Assembly (NCBI GenBank): GCA_022426155.1
Contig: JAKMEE010000039.1
Span: 24,516 to 88,515, forward strand
Direction: 5' to 3'
DNA: 64,000 nucleotides
From: Poseidonia sp.
Lineage (GTDB): Archaea > Thermoplasmatota > Poseidoniia > Poseidoniales > Poseidoniaceae
Part shown: piece by piece, positions 34,211 through 43,104 of the stretch
Layout of the letters: each line of letters starts with the position of its first letter
Numbering within the stretch: the stretch's first letter is position 1
Notes under the pieces: model-generated
Told to the model about the DNA's origin: nothing
Database searches by the model: none
Seen by the model: the letters and a program-made list of their open reading frames with translations, nothing else
Position numbers and translations under genes: made by a program

Positions 34211-35239
34211 CTATTCATGAAACGCTTGAATTTCAACACCCTCGGATTGGAAGAGTTCAATGGTTCGTGAGAGAAAAACCTCCGGCAAGTCTTCAGGTGC
34301 ATGAACTCCAGGTGGAAGATTCACCTCATTTTCAAGAAGGGTGAGGGCAGTTGCAACCGTGACGAGACCAGTCGTCCTTGCCATTGAGGAGTCGTGGTTC
34401 ATTCCATGATCTTGAACCGTCCATCGGCGGCTGCCTGTGGGCGAAGTAGCAGTGATCTCCATCCATGTGAATTCATCGCGGTTTGGATCAAGTTTCCATT
34501 GATTCAATAGAGCATCAATGTCCAATCCATCTGAGTCTCGTAAATCGATGTATTTCTGAATATGGCCTGGCCAACGTACGGTGTATTCCGACATATTCTC
34601 GGCGTTGATTCCATGGATTAAGGAGCGTAATCCATCTGAGAGGAACGCCTCCATGGGGCCCTTGTTAGCGACCTCGATGATGTGTCGTTCAGCAAGTGCA
34701 GGTAGGACTGCCATGGTGCCGCCTCGGACCACTCTTGCAGGGCGTGTGTACTCTGCAATCACGTCAATTGGAGAAAAGGGTGCCATGTAGGACCATGATT
34801 CATCGGATGAAACGGGATTACCACCAACTCGAATTTCAGCAAGATCGAGGTGACCCAATTCATTCTGAGCCTTCCGCAGTAACATGTTGGACAAGCCAGG
34901 AGCAATCCCTACATCCCAAATAATCACTGACCCAGATTCCTTTGCGAGGGAATCGAGTAGGTCCGGAGTTGGGTCTGCAAAGGAGAGGTCCACCACGTTT
35001 CGTCCTTCGGTAATGAGTCGTTGAGTGCAATCTCCACCAATGGTTCCAGGAAGCATGTTCACAATCAATCCCTCCTCTAGATTGTTCAACGCCTGAAAGA
35101 CATCACCCACGTGTAAATGTGCTCCTGCATGCTTCATTGGGTGCAGGTCATAGGCGTGAACTTCATGTCCACTCTTCACCAAATGGCGGATGACAAATGC
35201 ACCGACAAGTCCACTTCCGAGGCAGTGGATTTTTGCCAT
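34211..35239 (-). CDS. saccharopine-dehydrogenase-family NAD(P)-dependent oxidoreductase
   Basis: N-terminal Rossmann 'KIHCLGSGLVGAFVIRHL' and overall length/architecture of the Sacchrp_dh family (saccharopine DH / carboxy(nor)spermidine DH / homospermidine synthase relatives). ATG 35239 with GGTGA RBS. Confidence 0.6.
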   Translation of the reverse strand: MAKIHCLGSGLVGAFVIRHLVKSGHEVHAYDLHPMKHAGAHLHVGDVFQALNNLEEGLIVNMLPGTIGGDCTQRLITEGRNVVDLSFADPTPDLLDSLAKESGSVIIWDVGIAPGLSNMLLRKAQNELGHLDLAEIRVGGNPVSSDESWSYMAPFSPIDVIAEYTRPARVVRGGTMAVLPALAERHIIEVANKGPMEAFLSDGLRSLIHGINAENMSEYTVRWPGHIQKYIDLRDSDGLDIDALLNQWKLDPNRDEFTWMEITATSPTGSRRWTVQDHGMNHDSSMARTTGLVTVATALTLLENEVNLPPGVHAPEDLPEVFLSRTIELFQSEGVEIQAFHE

Positions 35240-35243
35240 AAAA

Positions 35244-36446
35244 TCACCGCCGATTGAGAGATTCAGCTCCCATTGCAAGCATGCTAAGTTCCGCTAAGAG
35301 TGCATGCCATCCGTGAGCATGTTCTCCAAAACGAATCTTTTTTTCTCCAAGTGGCTCAAACCTTGCACTAGGTGAGTTGAGATTGTCCATGTCCGAACGT
35401 TTTGGATTGATTCGATAAAACCACGATGCAGCCTCTCCGTCAATCAGATAGACCACAGGCTCAACAGGTTCTTCATCTTCAGTAACCATGATGGTCGGTA
35501 TTCCTTCCTGTATGAGGAAATTTTCAACATCAACCCCACCTTTTGCGTAGCTTAATTTGTTGGCTTTCCGATTTGATAGATTGATGATTTCATTACCAGA
35601 ATGTAGCACTATGATGCCCAACCCGTAAGTCCCTGAGTCATTTTTCATCACAACTGCTGGCTTTCTTTCTATGCCTAGAGCCGTGTACTTTTGCTGAATA
35701 CGGTCAAGAAACGCATCAATCTCCAATGCGAGTTTTTGGCGGCAGGCATCTTCAATCAGGCATTTATTCTCAGAAACAAACCACTCGGGCATCAAGTGCC
35801 AAGGGTCAATCTCCAACATCTCTGCTACCTCGTTCACATAGGGCTGAAGTGCTTCGTAGTGCTCAGATTTCCTTCGGTGATGCCACCCCATTTCTGGAGG
35901 CGGTGATACATTGGGTGATTTTAATCCAGGCAGGGTGCCGCCCGTGAGGTCGTTGTTCAGCAAGATAAAATCTGGCTTTTTCCCCTCCACCAAAATTTCA
36001 TTATTCTCTGATAATTGAACTTCATTCAGTTTGAGCGGACCTGATATGCCCTTCAATGACCCGAACTCTTCCAACTCAGGAGAGCCTACTGTGCAGCGAT
36101 ATCCTGCATCTCGTATCAGTGATTGAATGGTGGAGATGTTTTCAACATACCCTTGATTCCGAGTATGCTCTTCCGGGTAGAGGTGGACCCATTCGCATCT
36201 TGGATGCCTTCGCTCAATGTGCTCTCTGAGAAGTTTGGACAATGTGGAACGGTCTTCTTCAGCAGTGTTGTTGAATCCCGCTGGGAAGTGATTTGCATCG
36301 ACAACACCGACTTTCCAACCGGCATCACGTATGTCGACACTTCCATAGATTGGGATGGGGACTTCGGCGCGTTTATTCTGCATCCAGGAAGTGATTTCTT
36401 CTCGATGAGATTCAAGTTTTGAAGATAATTCATGAACATACGTCAA
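35244..36446 (-). CDS. ATP-grasp-like amide ligase (glutamate-cysteine-ligase/glutathionylspermidine-synthetase-like), tentative
   Basis: 'KPAVVMKNDSGTYGLGIIVL' resembles the ATP-grasp nucleotide-binding strand (cf. 'VVKPxxGSxGxGI'); start overlaps the AsnB-like stop by 4 nt. Confidence 0.4.
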   Translation of the reverse strand: MTYVHELSSKLESHREEITSWMQNKRAEVPIPIYGSVDIRDAGWKVGVVDANHFPAGFNNTAEEDRSTLSKLLREHIERRHPRCEWVHLYPEEHTRNQGYVENISTIQSLIRDAGYRCTVGSPELEEFGSLKGISGPLKLNEVQLSENNEILVEGKKPDFILLNNDLTGGTLPGLKSPNVSPPPEMGWHHRRKSEHYEALQPYVNEVAEMLEIDPWHLMPEWFVSENKCLIEDACRQKLALEIDAFLDRIQQKYTALGIERKPAVVMKNDSGTYGLGIIVLHSGNEIINLSNRKANKLSYAKGGVDVENFLIQEGIPTIMVTEDEEPVEPVVYLIDGEAASWFYRINPKRSDMDNLNSPSARFEPLGEKKIRFGEHAHGWHALLAELSMLAMGAESLNRR

Positions 36447-38227
36447 TTCATCACCTCTGTTAACAAATCATCCACGCTACCCACCTTTTTGTATCTTCCA
36501 CCATCCATGATGTGGAGGGCTTCAAATAAGCCGAGTCCGAGTGCTAATTCTTCTTGTCCAGCGAGTGATTTTGCTAGCGGCTTGTATCTGGTCATGAGTT
36601 GGGCTGTTACATCACGATGTTCATTTAAGAAATTTGAGAGCATCGTGGGTGATGTTGCCCGTCCTGCAGGCATTTTTGGACGTCGAACAATGTCTTTTGG
36701 TAATCCAGTAAGATCAGCCGCTGCTCGTAAAGCAGCCTTTTCTTCTAAGGAGTCTGGGAGGCGCCAATCCATTGGTAGTTGAGCGGCTTGACGGCGATGA
36801 GGGCCGCCAAGGAAGGGCACACGGACTTCCAAGGAGTGTGCCATCGAATGGCGATCAACCAAACGTAGTTGGAAATTGCTTAATTGGCCGTGGTTCATCT
36901 CAAACTCAAGGCATGATTGTAGGGATCCCAAATGTTCGGCCGGTTGGTGAGTTGATTGAAACCATCCATCGTCTGTATTCAAGGGACCGTTCATCAGACG
37001 TTCAGAATCTGATGTTGGTAAGGCCATGATGCGGCGCTGTATTTCTTGTTGATACATGGGAATGTTCCGATATCTTGGATACCCTGCATGGAGTTCATCT
37101 GCACCTTGTCCACACAGACCCACTTTGACCTTCTGTGCCATGGTTTTGAACAGTGGCTGGAAAAAGAGAACTGTGACATCAAGGTCTTCTCCATGCCATA
37201 CAAGGTCGGGTAAACTTTGGTGAAATGCTTCTGGGTCCAAGATGTGCTGGTGATGTTCAAGATCGAAATGTTGGGCCACACGTTCTGCGGCAATCCAATC
37301 TGGATTATGTTCATCTTCGGCCACAGTCCAGCAGGCAGGAACCGGCTGTTCGGCACGTTGTGCTGCTTCATTGGCTACAGCCGCAACCAAACTAGAATCC
37401 AAACCCCCAGAGAGAACAATCCCAACAGGCACATCTGCCATCAAACGTTGTTGTACACTCGTGATGAATGAATCCAGCAATATTGGAGCTTGACTGCTTG
37501 GATCCCATGCAGAATCTGGAGTGAGGGCTTGGTTCTCGATCGTGGCAATGCCAGTCATGATGGCATGTCCAGTTTCATCAAGCATCCAAGTTTCGACTGT
37601 TCCTGGTCGGACTTGATGAACACCTTTCAGCAGAGTGGTTGCATCGAGCGGATATTCCCAAGCAACACGTGCTGAGAGTGCTAGGGTGTCCAATTCAGGG
37701 ATATGACGCTCATCTGCTCTGAGGCCTTTGACTTCACTTGAAAAAATCAGAGATCCCTCCACCATCGTCTTGACCAACGGTTTGATTCCTAATGGGTCAC
37801 GTGCCAATATCAGCTGTTTTTCGTTGGAATCCCACAGAGCAAGAGCATACATCCCTTCCATTTTACCGATCCAGTTTGCGTGGTCTTGGGCAGTCAACGG
37901 GCTCGAGGTTTTTGCCTGATTTGAGCGGTGAAGGGCAAGAATGGTTTCACTATCTCCCATGGTTGTGTATGGGTAGGGGGGGAGAAGCCGTTTCAAATCT
38001 AGATGATTGTAAATTTCTCCGTTGACGACGAGTGTTGTTCCATCAGGCCCTAATAGTGGTTGATGACTTCCCTCAATATCAACAATTGCCAACCGTGTAT
38101 GGGCAAGCATCACATTATCATCGGACCAAACATCGTTTCCGTCAGGTCCTCGATGAGCTTGGAGTGCATTCATGCGGTGGCCGATGGATAAATCGGGAGA
38201 CCCCAGCATCCCTCCTATGCCGCACAT
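36443..38227 (-). CDS. asparagine synthetase (glutamine-hydrolysing)-family amidotransferase
   Basis: N-terminal nucleophile 'MCGIGG', class-II glutaminase domain, and PP-loop 'GIVLSGGLDSS'. Confidence 0.85.
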   Translation of the reverse strand: MCGIGGMLGSPDLSIGHRMNALQAHRGPDGNDVWSDDNVMLAHTRLAIVDIEGSHQPLLGPDGTTLVVNGEIYNHLDLKRLLPPYPYTTMGDSETILALHRSNQAKTSSPLTAQDHANWIGKMEGMYALALWDSNEKQLILARDPLGIKPLVKTMVEGSLIFSSEVKGLRADERHIPELDTLALSARVAWEYPLDATTLLKGVHQVRPGTVETWMLDETGHAIMTGIATIENQALTPDSAWDPSSQAPILLDSFITSVQQRLMADVPVGIVLSGGLDSSLVAAVANEAAQRAEQPVPACWTVAEDEHNPDWIAAERVAQHFDLEHHQHILDPEAFHQSLPDLVWHGEDLDVTVLFFQPLFKTMAQKVKVGLCGQGADELHAGYPRYRNIPMYQQEIQRRIMALPTSDSERLMNGPLNTDDGWFQSTHQPAEHLGSLQSCLEFEMNHGQLSNFQLRLVDRHSMAHSLEVRVPFLGGPHRRQAAQLPMDWRLPDSLEEKAALRAAADLTGLPKDIVRRPKMPAGRATSPTMLSNFLNEHRDVTAQLMTRYKPLAKSLAGQEELALGLGLFEALHIMDGGRYKKVGSVDDLLTEVMN

Positions 38228-38282
38228 AGTGCCGAGGAACGGTAGGTTCCTTTTGAATGAATGTAATCAGGAGAAGAGAATT

Positions 38283-38393
38283 TCACCAAAGTGGGTATCG
38301 GAACATGACAACGCCGAGGAGGACAATGGAAAGTCCAAAGGCGAATTGGTAGGCCAACTGAGGGGGGTCATTGCTATCTGAATCGTCGGACAT
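38283..38393 (-). CDS. putative 36-aa single-TM microprotein (MSDDSDSNDPPQLAYQFAFGLSIVLLGVVMFRYPLW)
   Basis: Not in the ORF track (<60 aa). ATG preceded by GAGGAA 7 nt upstream (same RBS context as the RHH gene); clear TM helix; lies in the 245-nt gap between the CdsA-like and AsnB-like genes. Confidence 0.3.
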   Translation of the reverse strand: MSDDSDSNDPPQLAYQFAFGLSIVLLGVVMFRYPLW

Positions 38394-38472
38394 GGGTGTT
38401 CCTCAAACAGACGAACGGAAGCCCCCATTTCAACATATTGAGGAATTCCTCTCAAAGAATTCAATCTGGAGG

Positions 38473-39096
38473 TCACATGATTTGAGCAAAGGGCTCGAAC
38501 ATCAGAATGAATGCCAAGGGGATCAGGAGCATTGTGGCGTTGTCATCGATGTAGGTCAATCGAGGCCATTCTGAAATCATTGCAATGGGTGCAAGAACAA
38601 AAGCCATCCACATGGGGGTGCCAAATTGCCAAGAGCAAAGAAGCCAAATAATGATCAAGAACCCTGTCGCAGCCATCATCACTTTACGGTCATTCCATCC
38701 TTTCCGTCGCATTTCTCCCATCAAAGGGTCACCCAGAGCCAGTGACAATACAAGTGGCCAAGCATAAGCTTCGTCTGGTACGAGGAGGAACACAAAACCC
38801 AAGCTTATTGAACCCCACATCAAGGCAGAAAGTTGAGTTGCTTCATAATCACGCTGACCAAAAATCGTGATGCCAAGTCGAAGGCGGATGGCTTCAGCAC
38901 ACAACAGGGCCAGCATCAATGCCGCCACCAATTGTGGAAGTGAGAGGGAGACAGCATCAGCAACGGCCTCACCGTGAGAAAAATATGCCCAGGGTACTAT
39001 GGCCATTCCGACGTGAATGGACCGGCGAAACACGTGTCCTCTCATTCCACCCACGGACAAATCCACAGGGTTCGTGAGTTCAACCTGAGCGCTCAT
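38473..39096 (-). CDS. polytopic membrane protein, CdsA/DUF46-like (possible CTP-dependent polyprenol/dolichol kinase or CDP-archaeol synthase), tentative
   Basis: 207 aa, ~6 TM helices, composition reminiscent of cytidylyltransferase-family membrane enzymes; no decisive motif. Confidence 0.3.
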   Translation of the reverse strand: MSAQVELTNPVDLSVGGMRGHVFRRSIHVGMAIVPWAYFSHGEAVADAVSLSLPQLVAALMLALLCAEAIRLRLGITIFGQRDYEATQLSALMWGSISLGFVFLLVPDEAYAWPLVLSLALGDPLMGEMRRKGWNDRKVMMAATGFLIIIWLLCSWQFGTPMWMAFVLAPIAMISEWPRLTYIDDNATMLLIPLAFILMFEPFAQIM

Positions 39097-40030
39097 GGTT
39101 CTCGCCTTTGAGCGTCATTAAAGCCTTCTCAATATCAAGTGTACCCTTTGCGAGGTCTTCCATCACACGATTGTACAGTGGGTGAGAGGTCAACCGCCGC
39201 TCATGTTGTGCCAGTAAACGTTCTCGCATGCGGGCGCGTTTGGCTCGTTGGGATGATGGGAGGTCATGGAGGAGGGAAGCTGCTGACTCAATTCCCTCAC
39301 CTGTTAGACCAGAAGTGAGCATAATTGGAGGAGCTTCTCCAGCGCCTAATCCAAACGATTCCTTGAGTTCAGATGCATGTTTTTCTGCTCCTTCAAGATC
39401 ACACTTGTTCACCAATATCGCATCGGCCAATTCCAATAACCCTGCCTTTTCGGCCTGAATTCCATCGCCCCGTGCAGGTCCTTCTACAACCACGATTCGG
39501 TCGGCTACCGCTGCGCACCTCAGTTCAGATTGACCTGCTCCAACGGTTTCAATCAGCACTCTATTCCAGCCGATGGCGACCAAAAATTTAGCCATGTCTT
39601 CAACGATTAGAGGTACACTCCCCGATGTTGCTCTGGTTGCAATTGAGCGTACATAGACGCGTTCTTTGATGGCCTCATCATCAACAGAGGTCATTCGTAC
39701 GCGGTCACCCAACAGCGCCCCACCGCTTCGAGGGGAACTTGGGTCAACAGCAAGGAGGGCTGTGTTGTGGCCTTGGTGAGCCCAACGAGACATCAGTGCG
39801 TCAACCAGGACAGATTTCCCAACGCCAGGAGCGCCTGTGATCGCCATTATGCTCCAACCATCAACCTCGCCAACAATTGGGCTCAGTGACTCAAGAGCCT
39901 GAGATAAGGATAGAGTCCCATTTTCTATAGAAGATAAGACTCGTGCAATTGAACGACGAGAGCCGTTGGATGCTGATTGAACTTCATCCGACAATCGAAC
40001 ACCTCTCATGCCTTTGATGTCCAATGCCAT
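39080..40030 (-). CDS. meaB: methylmalonyl-CoA mutase-associated GTPase MeaB/ArgK
   Basis: P-loop 'ITGAPGVGKSVLVDAL', 'DPSSPRSGGALLGDR', 'IETVGAGQSE' G-domain motifs. An alternative ATG at 40009 would give an ATGA overlap with the upstream mutase-subunit stop. Confidence 0.85.
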   Translation of the reverse strand: MALDIKGMRGVRLSDEVQSASNGSRRSIARVLSSIENGTLSLSQALESLSPIVGEVDGWSIMAITGAPGVGKSVLVDALMSRWAHQGHNTALLAVDPSSPRSGGALLGDRVRMTSVDDEAIKERVYVRSIATRATSGSVPLIVEDMAKFLVAIGWNRVLIETVGAGQSELRCAAVADRIVVVEGPARGDGIQAEKAGLLELADAILVNKCDLEGAEKHASELKESFGLGAGEAPPIMLTSGLTGEGIESAASLLHDLPSSQRAKRARMRERLLAQHERRLTSHPLYNRVMEDLAKGTLDIEKALMTLKGENHERSG

Positions 40031-40452
40031 TCATTGCCTTGTCCAACACCAGCGTCATCCATCTTGCTGGCTTGATCAATGAACTCTAGAATTTCAGACG
40101 TCGGTGTTCCTGGCCCAAATATTGCTTTGATTCCGGCTTCAAAGAGTGCTTCTCTGTCTTCATGGGGGATGATTCCTCCGCCGAAAACAATCACATCATC
40201 CAAGCCTTCAGACATCAATTCTTCACAAACACGTGGGAAGAGGTGACCATGAGCTCCCGAGAGTGATGACAAACCTAAGAAACGAGCATCTTCATCGCGA
40301 ACAGTCTCAACAATTTGCTTGGCGGTTCTTCTCAAACCGGTGTAAATTACTTCGTGACCAGCATCTCTGAGGGTTCTGGCCACCACCTTTGCGCCTCGGT
40401 CGTGTCCATCAAGTCCAGGCTTGGCGACGACAATCCTCAACGGTTGGGCCAT
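40006..40452 (-). CDS. methylmalonyl-CoA mutase small subunit (B12-binding domain)
   Basis: 'RIVVAKPGLDGHDRGAKVVARTLRDAGHEVIYTG' with the DxHxxG B12 motif; ATG 40452 chosen (the track ORF extends to 40596 through a hydrophobic, likely non-coding N-terminus). Confidence 0.8.
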   Translation of the reverse strand: MAQPLRIVVAKPGLDGHDRGAKVVARTLRDAGHEVIYTGLRRTAKQIVETVRDEDARFLGLSSLSGAHGHLFPRVCEELMSEGLDDVIVFGGGIIPHEDREALFEAGIKAIFGPGTPTSEILEFIDQASKMDDAGVGQGNEWHWTSKA

Positions 40453-40589
40453 GATGTGAGGAAGAGGCGCCACCCTAAGAACGCAACCCTTCTGCTCGGT
40501 CTGCGAGAGGTTCTTCAAACGGCATGAGCCGATGAAAAGAAGAGCAACGCATAAGGGCGTCTTTTTCATCCAAGGGTTGAGGGAAGAGG

Positions 40590-42143
40590 ATGGCAACCAC
40601 GGAGGAGCGACTCAAAGACCTCAGAAATCGTAAGTCTCGAAGCGAAGCTGGAGGCGGTCAAGCACGCGTTGATGCTCAGCATAATCGTGGTAAGATGACA
40701 GCAAGAGAGCGCTTGGAAATGTTGCTTGACGATGGCTCTTTCCAAGAGATTGATGCTTTGGTTGAACATCGTTGTCGAGATTTTGACATGGATAAGAACA
40801 TCATTCCTGGTGACGGCGTGGTCACCGGACACGGTATGGTGAATGGCCGGGAAGTATTTGCTTTCGCACAGGACTTCACCGTTTACGGTGGTTCGTTGGG
40901 CGAGATGCACGGCCTTAAAATTTGCAAGGTATTGGATATGGCTCTCAAAACTGGACGTCCAGTGATTGGGCTGAATGATTCTGGCGGTGCTCGAATCCAA
41001 GAAGGTGTGGCTTCGCTCGGGTCCTATGCAGAGATTTTCTTCCGGAATGTCAGAGCTTCAGGTGTTGTGCCTCAAATCTCAGTCATCATGGGGCCTTGTG
41101 CTGGAGGCGCAGTTTATTCTCCAGCTATCACTGACTTCGTCATTATGGTCGATCAAACAGCACACATGTTCATCACAGGTCCAGAAGTTATCAAAACGGT
41201 CACCAACGAAGTGGTTTCGTTTGAGGACTTGGGTGGTGCAGCAACTCATGGTTCCAAGTCTGGAGTTTCACATTTCACAGCCTCCGATGACGAGAATGCG
41301 ATTCAATTAGCGCGAGATTTGTGCGACCTCCTACCTCAGAACAACCTCGAGCGACCACCTATTCGCAAGACCAGTGATTCTCCAGGCCGTTTGTGTGATG
41401 CACTTGATAGCATCATCCCGGATGATCCATCCAAGCCTTACGATGTTCTCGATGTCATCACAGAAATATTGGATGATGGTGGTTTCATGGAAGTTCAAGC
41501 CGAATGGGCTCAGAACATCGTCATTGGTTTCGGACATCTTGGTGGAAAAACAGTGGGTGTTGTGGCCAATCAACCAAAGGTTTTGGCAGGCTGTCTTGAC
41601 ATTGATGCAAGCGATAAAGCGGCTCGTTTTGTTCGGTTCTGTGATGCATTTAACATCCCCATTGTTACCCTTGAAGATGTGCCAGGGTTTTTACCAGGTA
41701 CGAATCAAGAATGGGGCGGCATCATCCGCCACGGAGCGAAATTACTCTATGCCTTCGCAGAAGCAACCGTCCCCAAACTCACGGTCATTCTACGCAAAGC
41801 CTACGGTGGAGCCTACGATGTGATGTCCAGTAAGCACATCCGTGGTGATTACAATGTTGCATGGCCTTCCGCAGAATTGGCGGTTATGGGTGCAGATGGA
41901 GCAGTTGAAATCATCCATAGGCGTCGTATCCAACATGCTCGAAACCCAGAGCAAGAACGTGAGCGTCTCTCTGAAGACTTCAAGGACACCTTTGCCAATC
42001 CATACAAAGCAGCGGCGCTTGGGTATCTTGATGATGTCATTGAACCGAATCAAACACGGCGACAGCTTTGCCGTGCCCTTGACATGTTGATGGACAAGGA
42101 AGAACTCAGGCCTGCCCGAAAGCATGGCAATATACCGTTGTGA
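40590..42143 (+). CDS. pccB: propionyl-/methylmalonyl-CoA carboxyltransferase (PccB/AccD6-like β subunit)
   Basis: 517 aa; conserved carboxyltransferase N- and C-domains ('GGARIQEGVASLG', 'VMGPCAGGAVYSPA', 'RKAYGGAYDVM'); GAGGGAAGAGG RBS. Confidence 0.9.
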   Translation: MATTEERLKDLRNRKSRSEAGGGQARVDAQHNRGKMTARERLEMLLDDGSFQEIDALVEHRCRDFDMDKNIIPGDGVVTGHGMVNGREVFAFAQDFTVYGGSLGEMHGLKICKVLDMALKTGRPVIGLNDSGGARIQEGVASLGSYAEIFFRNVRASGVVPQISVIMGPCAGGAVYSPAITDFVIMVDQTAHMFITGPEVIKTVTNEVVSFEDLGGAATHGSKSGVSHFTASDDENAIQLARDLCDLLPQNNLERPPIRKTSDSPGRLCDALDSIIPDDPSKPYDVLDVITEILDDGGFMEVQAEWAQNIVIGFGHLGGKTVGVVANQPKVLAGCLDIDASDKAARFVRFCDAFNIPIVTLEDVPGFLPGTNQEWGGIIRHGAKLLYAFAEATVPKLTVILRKAYGGAYDVMSSKHIRGDYNVAWPSAELAVMGADGAVEIIHRRRIQHARNPEQERERLSEDFKDTFANPYKAAALGYLDDVIEPNQTRRQLCRALDMLMDKEELRPARKHGNIPL

Positions 42144-42152
42144 GGGAAATCC

Positions 42153-42344
42153 ATGGCAAGCGATGAATCAGTTTTGAGAATGGCTGCCATTGCTGCAGTG
42201 CTCGCAGTAACTCGGCAACAAGGACCGGACCCTGCTGAGCAGGCTCGAAAGTTAGGCCTACCCTGGTCTCAAGATCATCGAAGGATGATGACCGGTCAGG
42301 CATCTTTGATGCGGTCAAAGAGCCAACGCTCTCCTTGGAGGTAA
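42153..42344 (+). CDS. small protein (63 aa) between pccB and BCCP; candidate carboxylase small subunit (PccX/OadG-like)
   Basis: Strong RBS (GAGGGAAA 4 nt before the ATG); hydrophobic stretch 'RMAAIAAVLAVT' (13 aa, too short for a TM helix) followed by a basic tail; position conserved with small subunits of biotin carboxylases/decarboxylases. Confidence 0.4.
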   Translation: MASDESVLRMAAIAAVLAVTRQQGPDPAEQARKLGLPWSQDHRRMMTGQASLMRSKSQRSPWR

Positions 42345-42348
42345 TCTC

Positions 42349-42765
42349 ATGTCGGATGTACAAAAAGTAATGATTGACGGTGTTGAGTACGAAGTACAGC
42401 TTGAAGGAGAGGGGACCAAATGGAAAGCAACGGTCGAGGGACGTACCTTTGAAATTGAAATTCCCGATGCGGGCCCTGCAGTAAAACAACGCCGTTCCCG
42501 CTCTGGCAAGAAGAAGAAGTCAGGTACCGTCTCTGCAAACATACCAGGGAAGATTGTCACCGTTGAAGTGAACGAAGGAGACGAAGTCGTGGAGGGTCAG
42601 GTCATCCTGATTTTAGAAGCCATGAAAATGCAGAACGAGATTCAAGCTCCTGTTTCAGGAACCGTTTCCTCGGTTCAGTGTTCCGAGGGTGAGGCAATTG
42701 AAGCGAATGTGCCACTCGTGGTCATTGAACCAGCACCCGAGCCAGAAATAGAGGAAGAAGATTGA
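42349..42765 (+). CDS. biotin carboxyl carrier protein (biotinyl domain)
   Basis: 'VILILEAMKMQNEIQAPVSGTV' carries the biotinyl-lysine motif (AMKM); GGAGG RBS. Confidence 0.9.
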   Translation: MSDVQKVMIDGVEYEVQLEGEGTKWKATVEGRTFEIEIPDAGPAVKQRRSRSGKKKKSGTVSANIPGKIVTVEVNEGDEVVEGQVILILEAMKMQNEIQAPVSGTVSSVQCSEGEAIEANVPLVVIEPAPEPEIEEED

Positions 42766-42789
42766 TGCCCCGATGCCGAGCAAGACTTA

Positions 42790-43056
42790 ATGAAGCATGA
42801 AATGGAGTTCTTTGTTATGGGCGAGAAAGCGGTCTGCGATTTACCAGGATGCGGTGAAGAGGGAATGATTGTTTCTCGTTTGTCCCCCGAGGGATACCTC
42901 GTTGCAACCGGAAAGAAAGCCTATTCGTTCCGGGAAGCCTACCGTCGCTTCCATTATTGTCAAGCACATCATGATGAGTTAATGGGTGGCGTTTGGTCGA
43001 GAGTTCGAAAGCCCGATGATAAAAACGATGGGCATGTTGCACCAACAGCTATCTGA
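42790..43056 (+). CDS. small Cys/His-containing protein (88 aa), possible zinc-binding; unknown function
   Basis: 'CDLPGC…HYCQAHHDE' pattern; weak call. Confidence 0.3.
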   Translation: MKHEMEFFVMGEKAVCDLPGCGEEGMIVSRLSPEGYLVATGKKAYSFREAYRRFHYCQAHHDELMGGVWSRVRKPDDKNDGHVAPTAI

Positions 43057-43104
43057 GATTGATGGAACTGTTAGGCTGATATACCCTCAATACTTAGCGT
43101 AAAC

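Noticed and set aside
35244-36446. Naming the ATP-grasp-like protein as glutamate--cysteine ligase GshA
   Set aside because: Only the nucleotide-binding strand resembles ATP-grasp/GshF-type ligases. The N-terminal half does not match the E. coli GshA I recall, so the specific assignment is not supportable without a profile search.
38473-39096. Calling the 207-aa membrane protein CDP-archaeol synthase CarS
   Set aside because: The topology and size fit the CdsA/DUF46 superfamily, but I cannot point to a diagnostic motif. Kept as a tentative family-level call only.
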